This document shows, one piece after another, positions 20,483 through 28,794 of a stretch of 32,000 bases of DNA. The notes beneath the pieces were generated by a model, which searched no databases, had not been told where the DNA came from, and worked only from the letters and a program-made list of their open reading frames with translations. The stretch spans positions 149,789 through 181,788 of the forward strand of contig JAMWCX010000001.1 in assembly GCA_023818895.1 (NCBI GenBank), written 5' to 3'. The DNA comes from Candidatus Omnitrophota bacterium (GTDB taxonomy: Bacteria; Omnitrophota; Gorgyraeia; 2-01-FULL-45-10). Every line of letters begins with the position of its first letter. Position 1 is the first letter of the stretch. A program made the position numbers and the translations under genes.

Positions 20483-21736
20483 TTACACCCTTCTGTTCCG
20501 ATACCTCCTGTACCCTATCGCAATGACCGCTACCAATATTCCCACAACCGTCGCCGGCTCGGGGACAGGAGGAGGATCTCCTGCGAGTCCAGGATTCCTT
20601 ATTTCGATATAGTATTTATTTGTCGCGGCGTCATAGAAAGCATGTCCAGGGCTATAAGGCCCACCCGGCAAATTTTCTAAATAGTGCCATGTAATGCCAT
20701 CGCTTGTTTTTACAGAAGCTTCAGGGTCTGCGCTTCTGTATAGAGCGGTTAATGCCTCTAATTCTTCTTCGGTATATTCAAAATGGAGAGCGGATGTTAC
20801 CGCATCGTTGATATAATTATAGAATAGATCAAGATAGTAGATTTCTCTGTCAACTCCGTCTGAAGCATCCCATGCCAAAGCACCATTATAGAAGGAGAGG
20901 GAATAGATCGCATTAGTGCTATTGATTAATTCATTGGTGGTCGATCCTTCCCACAAAAATATCTTATTGGTGCTCGCTTCATTTATCCAGGCAACCATTC
21001 TGTCATAAACAACAGGGCTAAAATCTCTACTGCTATTATTAGTAAGCCGGCGTGTGGTTGTGCCGTCCCAGTAATATATTTCGTTCTCGCCTCCCGAGAC
21101 CCTACTCGCCCACGCTATTGTGCCATTATATAAGGATGGCTCCTCCTCAATAGCGCTGTTGTTAGTTATTCTTTGACTGGAAGTTCCGTTCCAATAATAA
21201 ATCTCGGAACCGTACCCACTACCACTAATATATGCTATTTCGTTATTTCCGAGTGAGGGAGAACTGTCATAGACGCTATTGTTTGTTATCTGCTGTGTCG
21301 TAGATTTGTTCCAATAATAGATCTCATAAGCCCCTGATCCGCCGTGATATGCTATATTGCCATTATATGTCGAAGGGCGGGCTTGGTATATAGAGTCGTT
21401 CGTGAGTTGATGCGTTGAGCCGTCCCAGTAATAAATTTCCAAATCCGTTCCATCGTTGTGTTCCCACGCAATTACTCCACCATGAAAGGAAACTTTCTGG
21501 TCTGACAACGAATCATTCGTTATCCTCTGTGTTGTTGAACCATCCCAATAATATACTTCATTGTTTGCTATCCACGCGATCTCGCCATTATAAACTTTGG
21601 GATCCTGGTCATTATATGAATTATTCGTTATCTGCAAAGGAGTCCATCCAGCATGAGAATTTGCTGCTACGAGCGACAATAGCAGCATTATCGCAAAAAT
21701 AATTAGCCCCTTTAATGTGGCGTGTCTTCTTCCCAT
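20483..21736 (-). CDS. PEP-CTERM-anchored beta-propeller-type protein with about 40-aa EIYYWDG repeats
   Basis: 417 aa with a signal peptide (LIIFAIMLLLSLVAANSHA). There are six clear repeats plus one degenerate repeat of the form ...P.(v/l)y.g.IAW.....e(I/V)YYW(D/N)GsttqriTNnS.... These are followed by the shared pre-tail module (LEALTALYRSADPEASVKTSDGITWHYLENLPGG...YYIEI) and PVPEPATVVGILVAVIAIGYRRYRNRRV. Confidence 0.85.
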   Translation of the reverse strand: MGRRHATLKGLIIFAIMLLLSLVAANSHAGWTPLQITNNSYNDQDPKVYNGEIAWIANNEVYYWDGSTTQRITNDSLSDQKVSFHGGVIAWEHNDGTDLEIYYWDGSTHQLTNDSIYQARPSTYNGNIAYHGGSGAYEIYYWNKSTTQQITNNSVYDSSPSLGNNEIAYISGSGYGSEIYYWNGTSSQRITNNSAIEEEPSLYNGTIAWASRVSGGENEIYYWDGTTTRRLTNNSSRDFSPVVYDRMVAWINEASTNKIFLWEGSTTNELINSTNAIYSLSFYNGALAWDASDGVDREIYYLDLFYNYINDAVTSALHFEYTEEELEALTALYRSADPEASVKTSDGITWHYLENLPGGPYSPGHAFYDAATNKYYIEIRNPGLAGDPPPVPEPATVVGILVAVIAIGYRRYRNRRV

Positions 21737-21752
21737 TTTTCCTACCTCAACT

Positions 21753-21784
21753 AAAAATCCCGACCTCCTACTTGGAAATCGGGA
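21753..21784 (-). terminator. Intrinsic terminator forming the expression platform of leader copy D
   Basis: The minus strand reads TCCCGATTTCC-AAGT(A)-GGAGGTCGGGA followed by TTTTTAG. It ends 17 nt before the start codon at 21736. Confidence 0.75.
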
Positions 21785-21804
21785 CGCGTTCTCTCGACGA
21801 GAAC

Positions 21805-21900
21805 GAGCTTTACGTTAGCTCTAAACAGCAACTGGCTGGCGTGCTTACGCGACGCCCCTATAGCTTTGCGGCCCGTCCTTTCGGACGGTGTGCGATTATA
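21805..21900 (-). promoter_or_regulatory. GEMM-I (c-di-GMP-I)-like riboswitch aptamer plus 3' mini-hairpin, copy D (most compact)
   Basis: The minus strand reads TATAATCGCACACCGTCCGAAAGGACGGGCCGCAAAGCTATAGGGGCGTCGCGTAAGCACGCCAGCCAGTTGCTGTTTAGAGCTAACGTAAAGCTC. The first hairpin is fully Watson-Crick paired (CCGTCC/GGACGG) through changes compensatory to copy B. The second hairpin is capped by GTAA. Confidence 0.75.
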
Positions 21901-21917
21901 TTCATTTATCTACTTTA

Positions 21918-21945
21918 AGTATAACTAAAATATACAATTATGCAA
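21918..21945 (-). promoter_or_regulatory. Sigma70-like promoter for leader D (TTGCAT-N16-TATACT)
   Basis: The minus strand reads TTGCAT (21945-21940), a 16-nt spacer, then TATACT (21923-21918). Confidence 0.55.
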
Positions 21946-21979
21946 TAAGAAATAACTTGCTTTTGTATTTTTAAATTAT

Positions 21980-23893
21980 ATGGAATATACACCCTTATTC
22001 CGATATAATAAATTCATGTATACCTACGACCGCTTCCAGCAGGAGGCAATCGATTGCATAAATGAGGGCCGTTCTGTCATCGTCTCTGCCCCAACTGGTG
22101 CCGGGAAGACGGCGATAGCCGAGCATGTCATTGATACCTGTATCAAGCGCCATCAGGGCGTTATCTACACCGCGCCCATAAAAGCCCTTTCCAACCAGAA
22201 GTTCCGCGACTTCCAAGCAATGTACCAGGACAATATAGGGATATTGACCGGCGATGTGTCGATAAACGCCGACGCGCCGGTACTTATAATGACTACCGAG
22301 ATATTTCGCAATAAAGTGCTGGACAATCCAGAAGGGCTGAATAAGTATTCCTGGATAATATTCGACGAAGTCCACTATATAGATAATCCAGAGCGCGGCA
22401 CCGTATGGGAGGAATCATTAATATTCTTGCCTGACCATATGAACATTTTGTGCCTCTCCGCCACAATCCCAAATATCGGCCAGTTCGCGAAATGGATTGA
22501 AACCATACATAAAAAAGAGGTGCGGGTTGTCGTTGAGAATAAACGTCCCGTTCCCCTTCATTTTTTCTACCAGTGCCATAATCAGGTGTTTGACAGCTTA
22601 AGCGATCTTAAAAGAACCAGGGCGTTCAAGCCCAACACGACCCACCATCTCATAAAATATATACGCCAGCGAGACGGGCTTCCCTGCATCTATTTCGTTT
22701 TCGGACGCAAGCGGGCTGAGTATCTTGCCGACGAGCTCTACAGTTTCAATTTTTTGACAAAAGACGAGGAAACGGCGATCCTGAAGATGTTTGATGAGCT
22801 TTGTGAAAAATATGAACTTACAGGCGAGAAGAGCGCTGGTTATATGCGCCATCTGGTTCAGCGCGGCATAGCGTTCCACCATGCCGGCATGCTGCCCACC
22901 TTGAAAGAGGTCGTAGAGAGGCTTTTTACATCAAGGCTTCTTAAGGTGATATTTACAACCGAGACCTTCGCGCTGGGCATAAACATGCCGAGTCGCTCCG
23001 TCGTATTCGACGAGCTGCGCAAATTTTACGGCAACTATGTGAGAAACCTCAAAACGCGCGATTTTTACCAGATGGCCGGCCGCGCCGGCAGGCGCGGCAT
23101 CGACAAGGAAGGGTTTGTCTACACGCGCGTGAATCTCCACAGGATACGAGCCGAGGAGGTTAAGGCCATCATCTATGGAAAACCGGAGGATGTCAAGAGC
23201 CAGTTCAACGCCTCATACGCCACGCTTCTTAATCTTTACGATAAGTATAAAGAAGGGCTTTTCGATATCTATCCGAGATCGCTTCACTATTATCAGACTA
23301 AAAAGCACCAGCAGATTGAGGCGGTCAGGCTCATGCAGGCAAAACTTAAGCTATTGCGCGAGGCCGGATGCATCGAGGAAGGCGAGCTTACCATGAAGGG
23401 CAACTTCGCGAAAGCCGTGTATGGTTATGAACTTCTGTTAACTCATCTTTATGGTGAGGGGGTGTTTGAGGAGCTGGACGAGACTGGACTTGGGGTGCTA
23501 GCCGTAGCCGCTGTCTTCGAGCCGAGGAAGAATCAGCGCCTGGTTTCTGTATCGAAACAGTCACGCGCCATCAAGGATATTTGCGAAAAGGCCTCATACG
23601 AGATAAGGCGCATGGAAACGCGCAACCGCATATATCCTTTCTCGAAACCTCCGTATTTTCATCTCGCGAAAGCTATGGAATGCTGGTTAAACGGTATGAA
23701 GTTTCAGAAGGTTTTGCAGTTTACGGATACCGATGAGGGGGAGCTTATAAGGTATTTCAGAATGGCCGCTCAGATATTGCGCGAAATCAAGGACGCTCCC
23801 ATATCCACCGATCTCAGGTCGAGAGTCGCTAACGCCATCCGTTACATAAGCCGCGATGTCGTCGATGCGGAGAAGCAGCTGAGGGAAGGATAA
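21980..23893 (+). CDS. Ski2/HelY-like DEAD/DEAH-box (DEVH) superfamily-2 helicase
   Basis: 637 aa containing Walker A (APTGAGKTAIAE), DEVH (IIFDEVHYID), SAT (LSAT) and QMAGRAGRRG (motif VI). A DSHCT-like C-terminus is present (WLNGMKFQKVLQFTDTDEGELIRYFRMAAQILREI). The start is uncertain (ATG at 21980 or 22016, neither with a clear Shine-Dalgarno sequence). Confidence 0.8.
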   Translation: MEYTPLFRYNKFMYTYDRFQQEAIDCINEGRSVIVSAPTGAGKTAIAEHVIDTCIKRHQGVIYTAPIKALSNQKFRDFQAMYQDNIGILTGDVSINADAPVLIMTTEIFRNKVLDNPEGLNKYSWIIFDEVHYIDNPERGTVWEESLIFLPDHMNILCLSATIPNIGQFAKWIETIHKKEVRVVVENKRPVPLHFFYQCHNQVFDSLSDLKRTRAFKPNTTHHLIKYIRQRDGLPCIYFVFGRKRAEYLADELYSFNFLTKDEETAILKMFDELCEKYELTGEKSAGYMRHLVQRGIAFHHAGMLPTLKEVVERLFTSRLLKVIFTTETFALGINMPSRSVVFDELRKFYGNYVRNLKTRDFYQMAGRAGRRGIDKEGFVYTRVNLHRIRAEEVKAIIYGKPEDVKSQFNASYATLLNLYDKYKEGLFDIYPRSLHYYQTKKHQQIEAVRLMQAKLKLLREAGCIEEGELTMKGNFAKAVYGYELLLTHLYGEGVFEELDETGLGVLAVAAVFEPRKNQRLVSVSKQSRAIKDICEKASYEIRRMETRNRIYPFSKPPYFHLAKAMECWLNGMKFQKVLQFTDTDEGELIRYFRMAAQILREIKDAPISTDLRSRVANAIRYISRDVVDAEKQLREG

Positions 23894-23983
23894 AAAAGAA
23901 TCGGCCGGCGACTTTCTCGCGAAATCTTTCCCATCAAAGCAAGCATCAGGAAAGACGGCCAAATGGCACGATGCCTGGCTCTT

Positions 23984-25759
23984 TCAGCGAAAAAGTTTTC
24001 CTATGAGATGGGTTTTCCTGAGCTTTCGCAGGGCTTCTATAACGTATTTTTTGTTTTGTGGCTGCGAGAACTGCATGAGTGCCCGCTGCAGCTTCCTTTC
24101 CCTCATCCCCTTCGCTACATAGACGGCCTTTCCCGTGAAAGGGTCTTTTTCGGTATGGTACATGGCAGCGGCGAGCGTCATCGGAAGCGGTATGAAATCC
24201 TGTATCTGCTCGGGACGGATATTGCGCGCTTTCAGGGCGAGCGCAAGCCTGAGGGCATCTTCCAGCGTTGAGCCGGGATGGGCGGCTATGAAATAGTTTA
24301 CAAGGAATTGTTTTTTGCCAGCGCGCCGGCTGAATTCATTAAACCTCGCCACGAATCGGTCGTATAGTTTCATAGGAGGTTTGTTCATCAGCTTGAGCAC
24401 ATGTTCTTCACTGTGTTCGGGCGCTACTTTTAGCAGGCCGCTAACGTGGTATTCACACAATGTTTTCAAAAACTCATCCGAGTCTTTTTCTACCAGAAGG
24501 TCGTAGCGGACGCCGCTTCCCACAAAAACGTTTTTGACGCCGGGTATCGTTGAAGATTCTTGCCAGAGTCTTAGCGTCTGGTCATAAGCAGGGATCAGAT
24601 TCTTGCATCTTTCCGGTGCCAGGCATTTTTTGTGCTTGCATGCACCCTCCCCTTTCCAGCGATGGCAGTAGGAGCCGTAAAGGTTGGCGGTCGGCCCGCC
24701 TATGTCCGTGATAGTGCCGCGGAAATCCTCGCGGCCGGCCAGGTTCCGTATCTCTTTCAGTATTGATGCGCGGCTGCGGCTTTGGACGATTCTGCCCTGA
24801 TGGGCGAATAGCGAGCAGAAACTGCACTCGCCCGGACAACCGCGATGCGAGACGATGGAGAATTTAACCGATTCGAACCCCGGCACTCCGCCCTCCTTTT
24901 TATATGAAGGATGCGGAAGGCGCGTATAAGGAAGGCCGTATATATGATCCATCCGGTCTTCGCTTAAAGGCATGACGGGCGGGAATTGTATAATTAATCG
25001 TTTTTCATGCGGCTGAATGATTGCGCGCCCCCTAAACGGGTCCTGCTCAAGATACGCCATCCTGAATGCCTCGTTAAATTTGTCCTTATTTACCCGCACC
25101 TCTTCAAATGAAGGTATAATCACATAGTCGTTGATGCCATCCGTTGAGTTTTTCGCAATGACTGTTCCGCGTATGCCTTCCAGCGACTTTGCGCCTTTAC
25201 CTTCTTTTAAACGGCGCGCTATCTCGAGAACCGCGGTCTCGCCCATACCGTACACCAGTATATCGGCCTTCGAATCCAGCAGCAATGAGCGACGCACCGT
25301 ATCGGACCAGTAGTCGTAGTGCGCCAGCCTCCTTAACGATGCCTCCATGCCGCCTATCACAATGACGGTGTTCGCAAACGCTTCTCTTATCCTGTTGGCG
25401 TAGATCAGCGTGGCCCTGTCTGGCCTGAGGCGAGGCTTTCCGCCGGGAGAATACTCATCGCGATTTCGCACTTTTTTGTTCGCGGTATAGTTGGCTACCA
25501 TAGAGTCGAGGTTTCCGGCACTAACGCCGAAAAAAAGACGCGGCCTACCCAGTTTTTTGAAATCGTCGAGGTTTGCGGAGCGCGGCTGAGCTATAATGCC
25601 TACCTTGAAACCCGCGTCTTCCAGGACGCGGCCGATCACAGCGGCGCCGTAGGATGGATGGTCAACATAGGCGTCGCCGGTCACAAGGATTATGTCCAGC
25701 TCGTCCCATCCGCGCTCTTCCATATCTGATTTGGAAATTGGTAAAAATTTCTTATTCAT
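23984..25759 (-). CDS. ygiQ: YgiQ-family (UPF0313) radical SAM protein
   Basis: 591 aa. The N-terminus FLPISKSDMEERGWDELDIILVTGDAYVDHPSYGAAVIGRVLEDAGFKVGIIAQP is typical of YgiQ. The radical-SAM cluster motif is CPGECSFCS. Confidence 0.85.
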   Translation of the reverse strand: MNKKFLPISKSDMEERGWDELDIILVTGDAYVDHPSYGAAVIGRVLEDAGFKVGIIAQPRSANLDDFKKLGRPRLFFGVSAGNLDSMVANYTANKKVRNRDEYSPGGKPRLRPDRATLIYANRIREAFANTVIVIGGMEASLRRLAHYDYWSDTVRRSLLLDSKADILVYGMGETAVLEIARRLKEGKGAKSLEGIRGTVIAKNSTDGINDYVIIPSFEEVRVNKDKFNEAFRMAYLEQDPFRGRAIIQPHEKRLIIQFPPVMPLSEDRMDHIYGLPYTRLPHPSYKKEGGVPGFESVKFSIVSHRGCPGECSFCSLFAHQGRIVQSRSRASILKEIRNLAGREDFRGTITDIGGPTANLYGSYCHRWKGEGACKHKKCLAPERCKNLIPAYDQTLRLWQESSTIPGVKNVFVGSGVRYDLLVEKDSDEFLKTLCEYHVSGLLKVAPEHSEEHVLKLMNKPPMKLYDRFVARFNEFSRRAGKKQFLVNYFIAAHPGSTLEDALRLALALKARNIRPEQIQDFIPLPMTLAAAMYHTEKDPFTGKAVYVAKGMRERKLQRALMQFSQPQNKKYVIEALRKLRKTHLIGKLFR

Positions 25760-25819
25760 GACGGAGATTCAAAGGTTAAGATCGAGATTAACGGCGTTTC
25801 ACAACCGTAGGCCTTGATT

Positions 25820-26470
25820 TTAAGCTTTGGATGTTGAAACTATCTTCCGATACACTTCCATGAAATCATTCGTGCGGCAGCTGTAGTCTGCAATTCTTGA
25901 TAGTTCCGCGCTCGAGGAATTGAAAGCTATGGAATAACCGGAGTTTCTGGCAAGCGGTATGTCCCCTTCGCTGTCGCCCACTGAAATGACCTCATGAGGT
26001 TTTACGCCGAATTTTTTATAAATCTTGGTCAGTATGGTGTGCTTTGCGCCGTGCTCGAGATTGATCTTGACGGCCCCGGTGAGGCGACCGTGCCTGGCGA
26101 CCAGGCGGTTTGATATCGCGTAGTCAAACTTAAGCTCCTTTCTTACCCTGTCGGTCATAAACTGAAGACCCGTGGAAACGGCCACGAGCCTGAAGCCGTG
26201 TTTTCTTAGTTTCGCGATACACTTCGGAGCGTTTTTTGAGTAGCGCACCCCTTTGAATAGGTTCCTTATCCTGGCTTCCGGCATCCCTTTCCAGTGGGAG
26301 GCATCCAGCTCGCAGAATTTCCTATAGGTGATCTTGCCCGCGAAGAAGTCTTCCTGATACCTGAAGGCGCGGCGTGTCCATATACCGAGTTTTTCGTGTA
26401 TATAGCGCCAGGAACTTATGTGTCGGGTAATAGTTCCGTCTATATCGAATATGATGAGTTTGTAGCGCAT
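25820..26470 (-). CDS. HAD-superfamily hydrolase (subfamily IB, phosphoserine-phosphatase-like)
   Basis: 216 aa containing motif I (IIFDIDGTIT), VSTG, and GDSEGDIPLARNSG (motif IV). Confidence 0.7.
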   Translation of the reverse strand: MRYKLIIFDIDGTITRHISSWRYIHEKLGIWTRRAFRYQEDFFAGKITYRKFCELDASHWKGMPEARIRNLFKGVRYSKNAPKCIAKLRKHGFRLVAVSTGLQFMTDRVRKELKFDYAISNRLVARHGRLTGAVKINLEHGAKHTILTKIYKKFGVKPHEVISVGDSEGDIPLARNSGYSIAFNSSSAELSRIADYSCRTNDFMEVYRKIVSTSKA

Positions 26471-26538
26471 AGTTAAACAAAAGCCATTTGATAACCGTGA
26501 ACAATTTTTATGACAACCTTTTCGATGAAGTAGCGCCG

Positions 26539-26985
26539 CTATTGAATGGCGCCCATCTTCAATAGGTTTAATCCTGTGCTGGGGTCGATATCCTTTGTTG
26601 CCTTTATGCCTTTTAATTCAAGCACAACGGCTTCTATAACAAGGAAGACCTGCGATTTCTTGCGAACACAGCCGGTTAGCGTCTTAAGCTTCTTCCCCAT
26701 TGCGGTGTGGATGTGTATCTGGGGCCCCTTTCTGTTTGTGAATATCGTTCCTATGCCCATTACCTCCCATGCGTTTTTGAAACTGACCCAGTTCGGCTCA
26801 GGCGGTATCGCCGCTTTTTTGGGGCCGGTGACAAGTTCGCCTTTTCTAAGCGCGCCTATGAATAATAACACGGCGGCCTTTAATCGCTCTTTTCGCGCAA
26901 AGTCATTCAGGCAATCCAGCAATATGTCACCGTCGTCAAATTTTAAAAGAAATATCCTGCCTAAAGAGCCTTTAGCGTATTTCAT
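26539..26985 (-). CDS. PPC (DUF296) domain protein
   Basis: 148 aa. The pattern GRIFLLKFDDGDILLDCLNDFARKERLKAAVLLFIGAL ... IHIHTAMG ... LTGCV ... VIEAVVLEL fits the DUF296/PPC fold as I remember it. Its start overlaps the hycI stop (TAATG). Confidence 0.55.
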   Translation of the reverse strand: MKYAKGSLGRIFLLKFDDGDILLDCLNDFARKERLKAAVLLFIGALRKGELVTGPKKAAIPPEPNWVSFKNAWEVMGIGTIFTNRKGPQIHIHTAMGKKLKTLTGCVRKKSQVFLVIEAVVLELKGIKATKDIDPSTGLNLLKMGAIQ

Positions 26986-27509
26986 TATACCTCATTCTTC
27001 TTTGGCTTTATTGATGGCAGAACATCTTTCAGTATTTTAGCGACCCTTTCTGCGGCGCGTTCGGCTATTCTCGATAGCGGCTTGCCGAACTCAAGAGACT
27101 TCGGCTGGATCCCAATTATTATCGCGGCGCAGCCAACCGACTTGACCAGATAATCGATCAACACCTTCGCGGGCATCTTGTGGGTCGAAAACGAATCACC
27201 GGCACCGAGATCGTCGGCGGAGAAAACAAAGGTCGAACCTGCGCGCCTGCCGAAGTTTATGGTATCTATCATGACCAGGTGAGAAGGATTATACCTTTTT
27301 ATCTCTCCGGTCAGGTTTTCGGGGGCGGTCTCGCCCATGAATACCTTTATTGCGCCAGGTCTTTCACGGCTGGCCAGCGTCTTCTTGAGTTGCGCGGCGG
27401 CGATAATGCCGGCGGCATCGTCGGCCCTGAGATCGGAGCCTATGCCGAGCACGGCTATCCGCGTGGCGCCGGAGAGCCTATTCAGGAGAAGTTTCTTTAG
27501 TGTCGTCAC
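26985..27509 (-). CDS. hycI: [NiFe]-hydrogenase maturation endopeptidase (HycI-type)
   Basis: 174 aa containing RIAVLGIGSDLRADDAAGIIAA, the typical GxGNxxxxDDxxG-like N-terminus. A His lies in FSTHKMP. The start is GTG. The gene is directly downstream of the hydrogenase structural genes. Confidence 0.75.
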   Translation of the reverse strand: MTTLKKLLLNRLSGATRIAVLGIGSDLRADDAAGIIAAAQLKKTLASRERPGAIKVFMGETAPENLTGEIKRYNPSHLVMIDTINFGRRAGSTFVFSADDLGAGDSFSTHKMPAKVLIDYLVKSVGCAAIIIGIQPKSLEFGKPLSRIAERAAERVAKILKDVLPSIKPKKNEV

Positions 27510-27855
27510 TGAAGACCGCCTTCAGATTTTTCCGGTCAAGCACGGCTAGCTCAAATTCTTTTGTGGATTCGAGCGCTTTTTTCGGGCACGAATCGACACA
27601 CTGCGCGCAGTAGATGCACTTGGCCAGACTTATCTCGCATTCGAATTTTTTGTTAGGCAGCTTTGTTATTTTTATGGCGCCGGACGGGCAATCCTTCATA
27701 CACATCTGGCATCCGATGCAAAGATGAGGTTTAAAGATTATCTTCCCCCGGAAATTGGCCGGCATCTCGACCTTTTTGAAGGGATATAAGGTCGTGGCGG
27801 GCTTCTTGAAGAAAGTCTCGACGACGAGTCTTATCATCTTGCCGGGCCTTGTCAT
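27478..27855 (-). CDS. Hydrogenase 2x[4Fe-4S] ferredoxin-like subunit (NuoI/HycF/MbhN-like)
   Basis: Contains CIGCQMCMKDCP and CIYCAQCVDSCP. The likely start is MTRPGKM at 27855, which overlaps the upstream stop (ATGA). The ORF-track start at 27930 lies inside the upstream gene. Confidence 0.8.
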   Translation of the reverse strand: MTRPGKMIRLVVETFFKKPATTLYPFKKVEMPANFRGKIIFKPHLCIGCQMCMKDCPSGAIKITKLPNKKFECEISLAKCIYCAQCVDSCPKKALESTKEFELAVLDRKNLKAVFSDDTKETSPE

Positions 27856-28793
27856 CGGTAGAGACCCCATTTCGCGATAAGACATATAAGTATCTGGAGG
27901 AAGGCGAGCGGCGATAAGTATTTCCAGCAAAAATTTATCATTTGATCTATTCTCAATCGGGCGAAGATACTACGCGAAAGCGACATTATTGCGATAATAG
28001 ATAGAACCTTTCCCATATAAAGTAGGAAACCCGCCAACGGCTTAAGATGAAAACCGAATGGCAGGTAGACGCTCGCTATGAGAGAAGAGCCGACGATCGC
28101 CTCGATATCGAGTGAGAGCCGGAATATTCCGAATAGGCGGCCGCTGTATTCGGTAAAGGTCCCCGCCACGATCTCAGTCTCGGCTTCGGGTATGTCGAAC
28201 GGCACCTTCTCGAGTTTTCCTAAAAGGGCGACGATAGCCACCGCGAACCCTATGATATTAAAGAGCCAGTAGCCGCTGTGGTTTTCGTAGAAAGACGCCA
28301 TTTCGCTGAGTGACCAGGTATTTGCAAGTAACGCGGGGGCCAATATGCACATAAGTAGCGGCACCTCATAGGCGAAAAGCTGGGTGAGAGAACGGACGGC
28401 GCCTATCTTTGAGTATAAAGAGGTTGAGTACCATCCGCCAAGAAAATATGTAAGCGTCGGTATAGTGAGTAGGTACATGACGACTATCAAGTCGCCGTTG
28501 AAAGAATAGAGGGCTTTTGGGCTCCATAGAGGTATATAAAAAATAGCCGTGACGGTCGCCGTCAGGGCGAATATTGGCATAGCCTTGAACATCCGTGGAT
28601 TTGCCTCTTCCGGCACTATGTCTTCTTTGGATGTGAGCTTTATGAAATCGGCGAGCGGTTGGAAGAACGGAGGCCCTACCCTGTTTTGCAAGCGCGCGTA
28701 TAGCTTGCGGTCGATATATTCGGCTATCAGGCCGGCGAAGACGAGGAACAGGAATCCCGGAAATACAAGTATATGAAGAAATGGCGTGAACAT
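27852..28793 (-). CDS. Hydrogenase integral-membrane subunit (NuoH/HycD/MbhM-like)
   Basis: A polytopic membrane protein with the NuoH-like N-terminus AEYIDRKLYARLQNRVGPPFFQPLADFIKL. The likely ATG (MFTPFLHIL) lies 1 nt after the large-subunit stop. The ORF-track start at 28838 is a TTG inside the upstream gene. Confidence 0.8.
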   Translation of the reverse strand: MFTPFLHILVFPGFLFLVFAGLIAEYIDRKLYARLQNRVGPPFFQPLADFIKLTSKEDIVPEEANPRMFKAMPIFALTATVTAIFYIPLWSPKALYSFNGDLIVVMYLLTIPTLTYFLGGWYSTSLYSKIGAVRSLTQLFAYEVPLLMCILAPALLANTWSLSEMASFYENHSGYWLFNIIGFAVAIVALLGKLEKVPFDIPEAETEIVAGTFTEYSGRLFGIFRLSLDIEAIVGSSLIASVYLPFGFHLKPLAGFLLYMGKVLSIIAIMSLSRSIFARLRIDQMINFCWKYLSPLAFLQILICLIAKWGLYR

Positions 28794-28794
28794 T

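Noticed and set aside
1157-21900. The four about 150-220 nt similar intergenic elements could be a MITE or other dispersed repeat, or a CRISPR-like array.
   Set aside because: They always have the same orientation and distance relative to a downstream PEP-CTERM gene. They lack terminal inverted repeats and target-site duplications. They differ by compensatory stem changes and are separated by kilobases of genes rather than by short spacers.
18230-21960. Calling the PEP-CTERM/toxin-antitoxin region a mobile genomic island.
   Set aside because: No integrase, transposase, tRNA attachment site or flanking direct repeats are visible in the window. By eye, the LamG and propeller gene bodies look more AT-rich than the core operon, but I did not compute composition and do not consider that sufficient.
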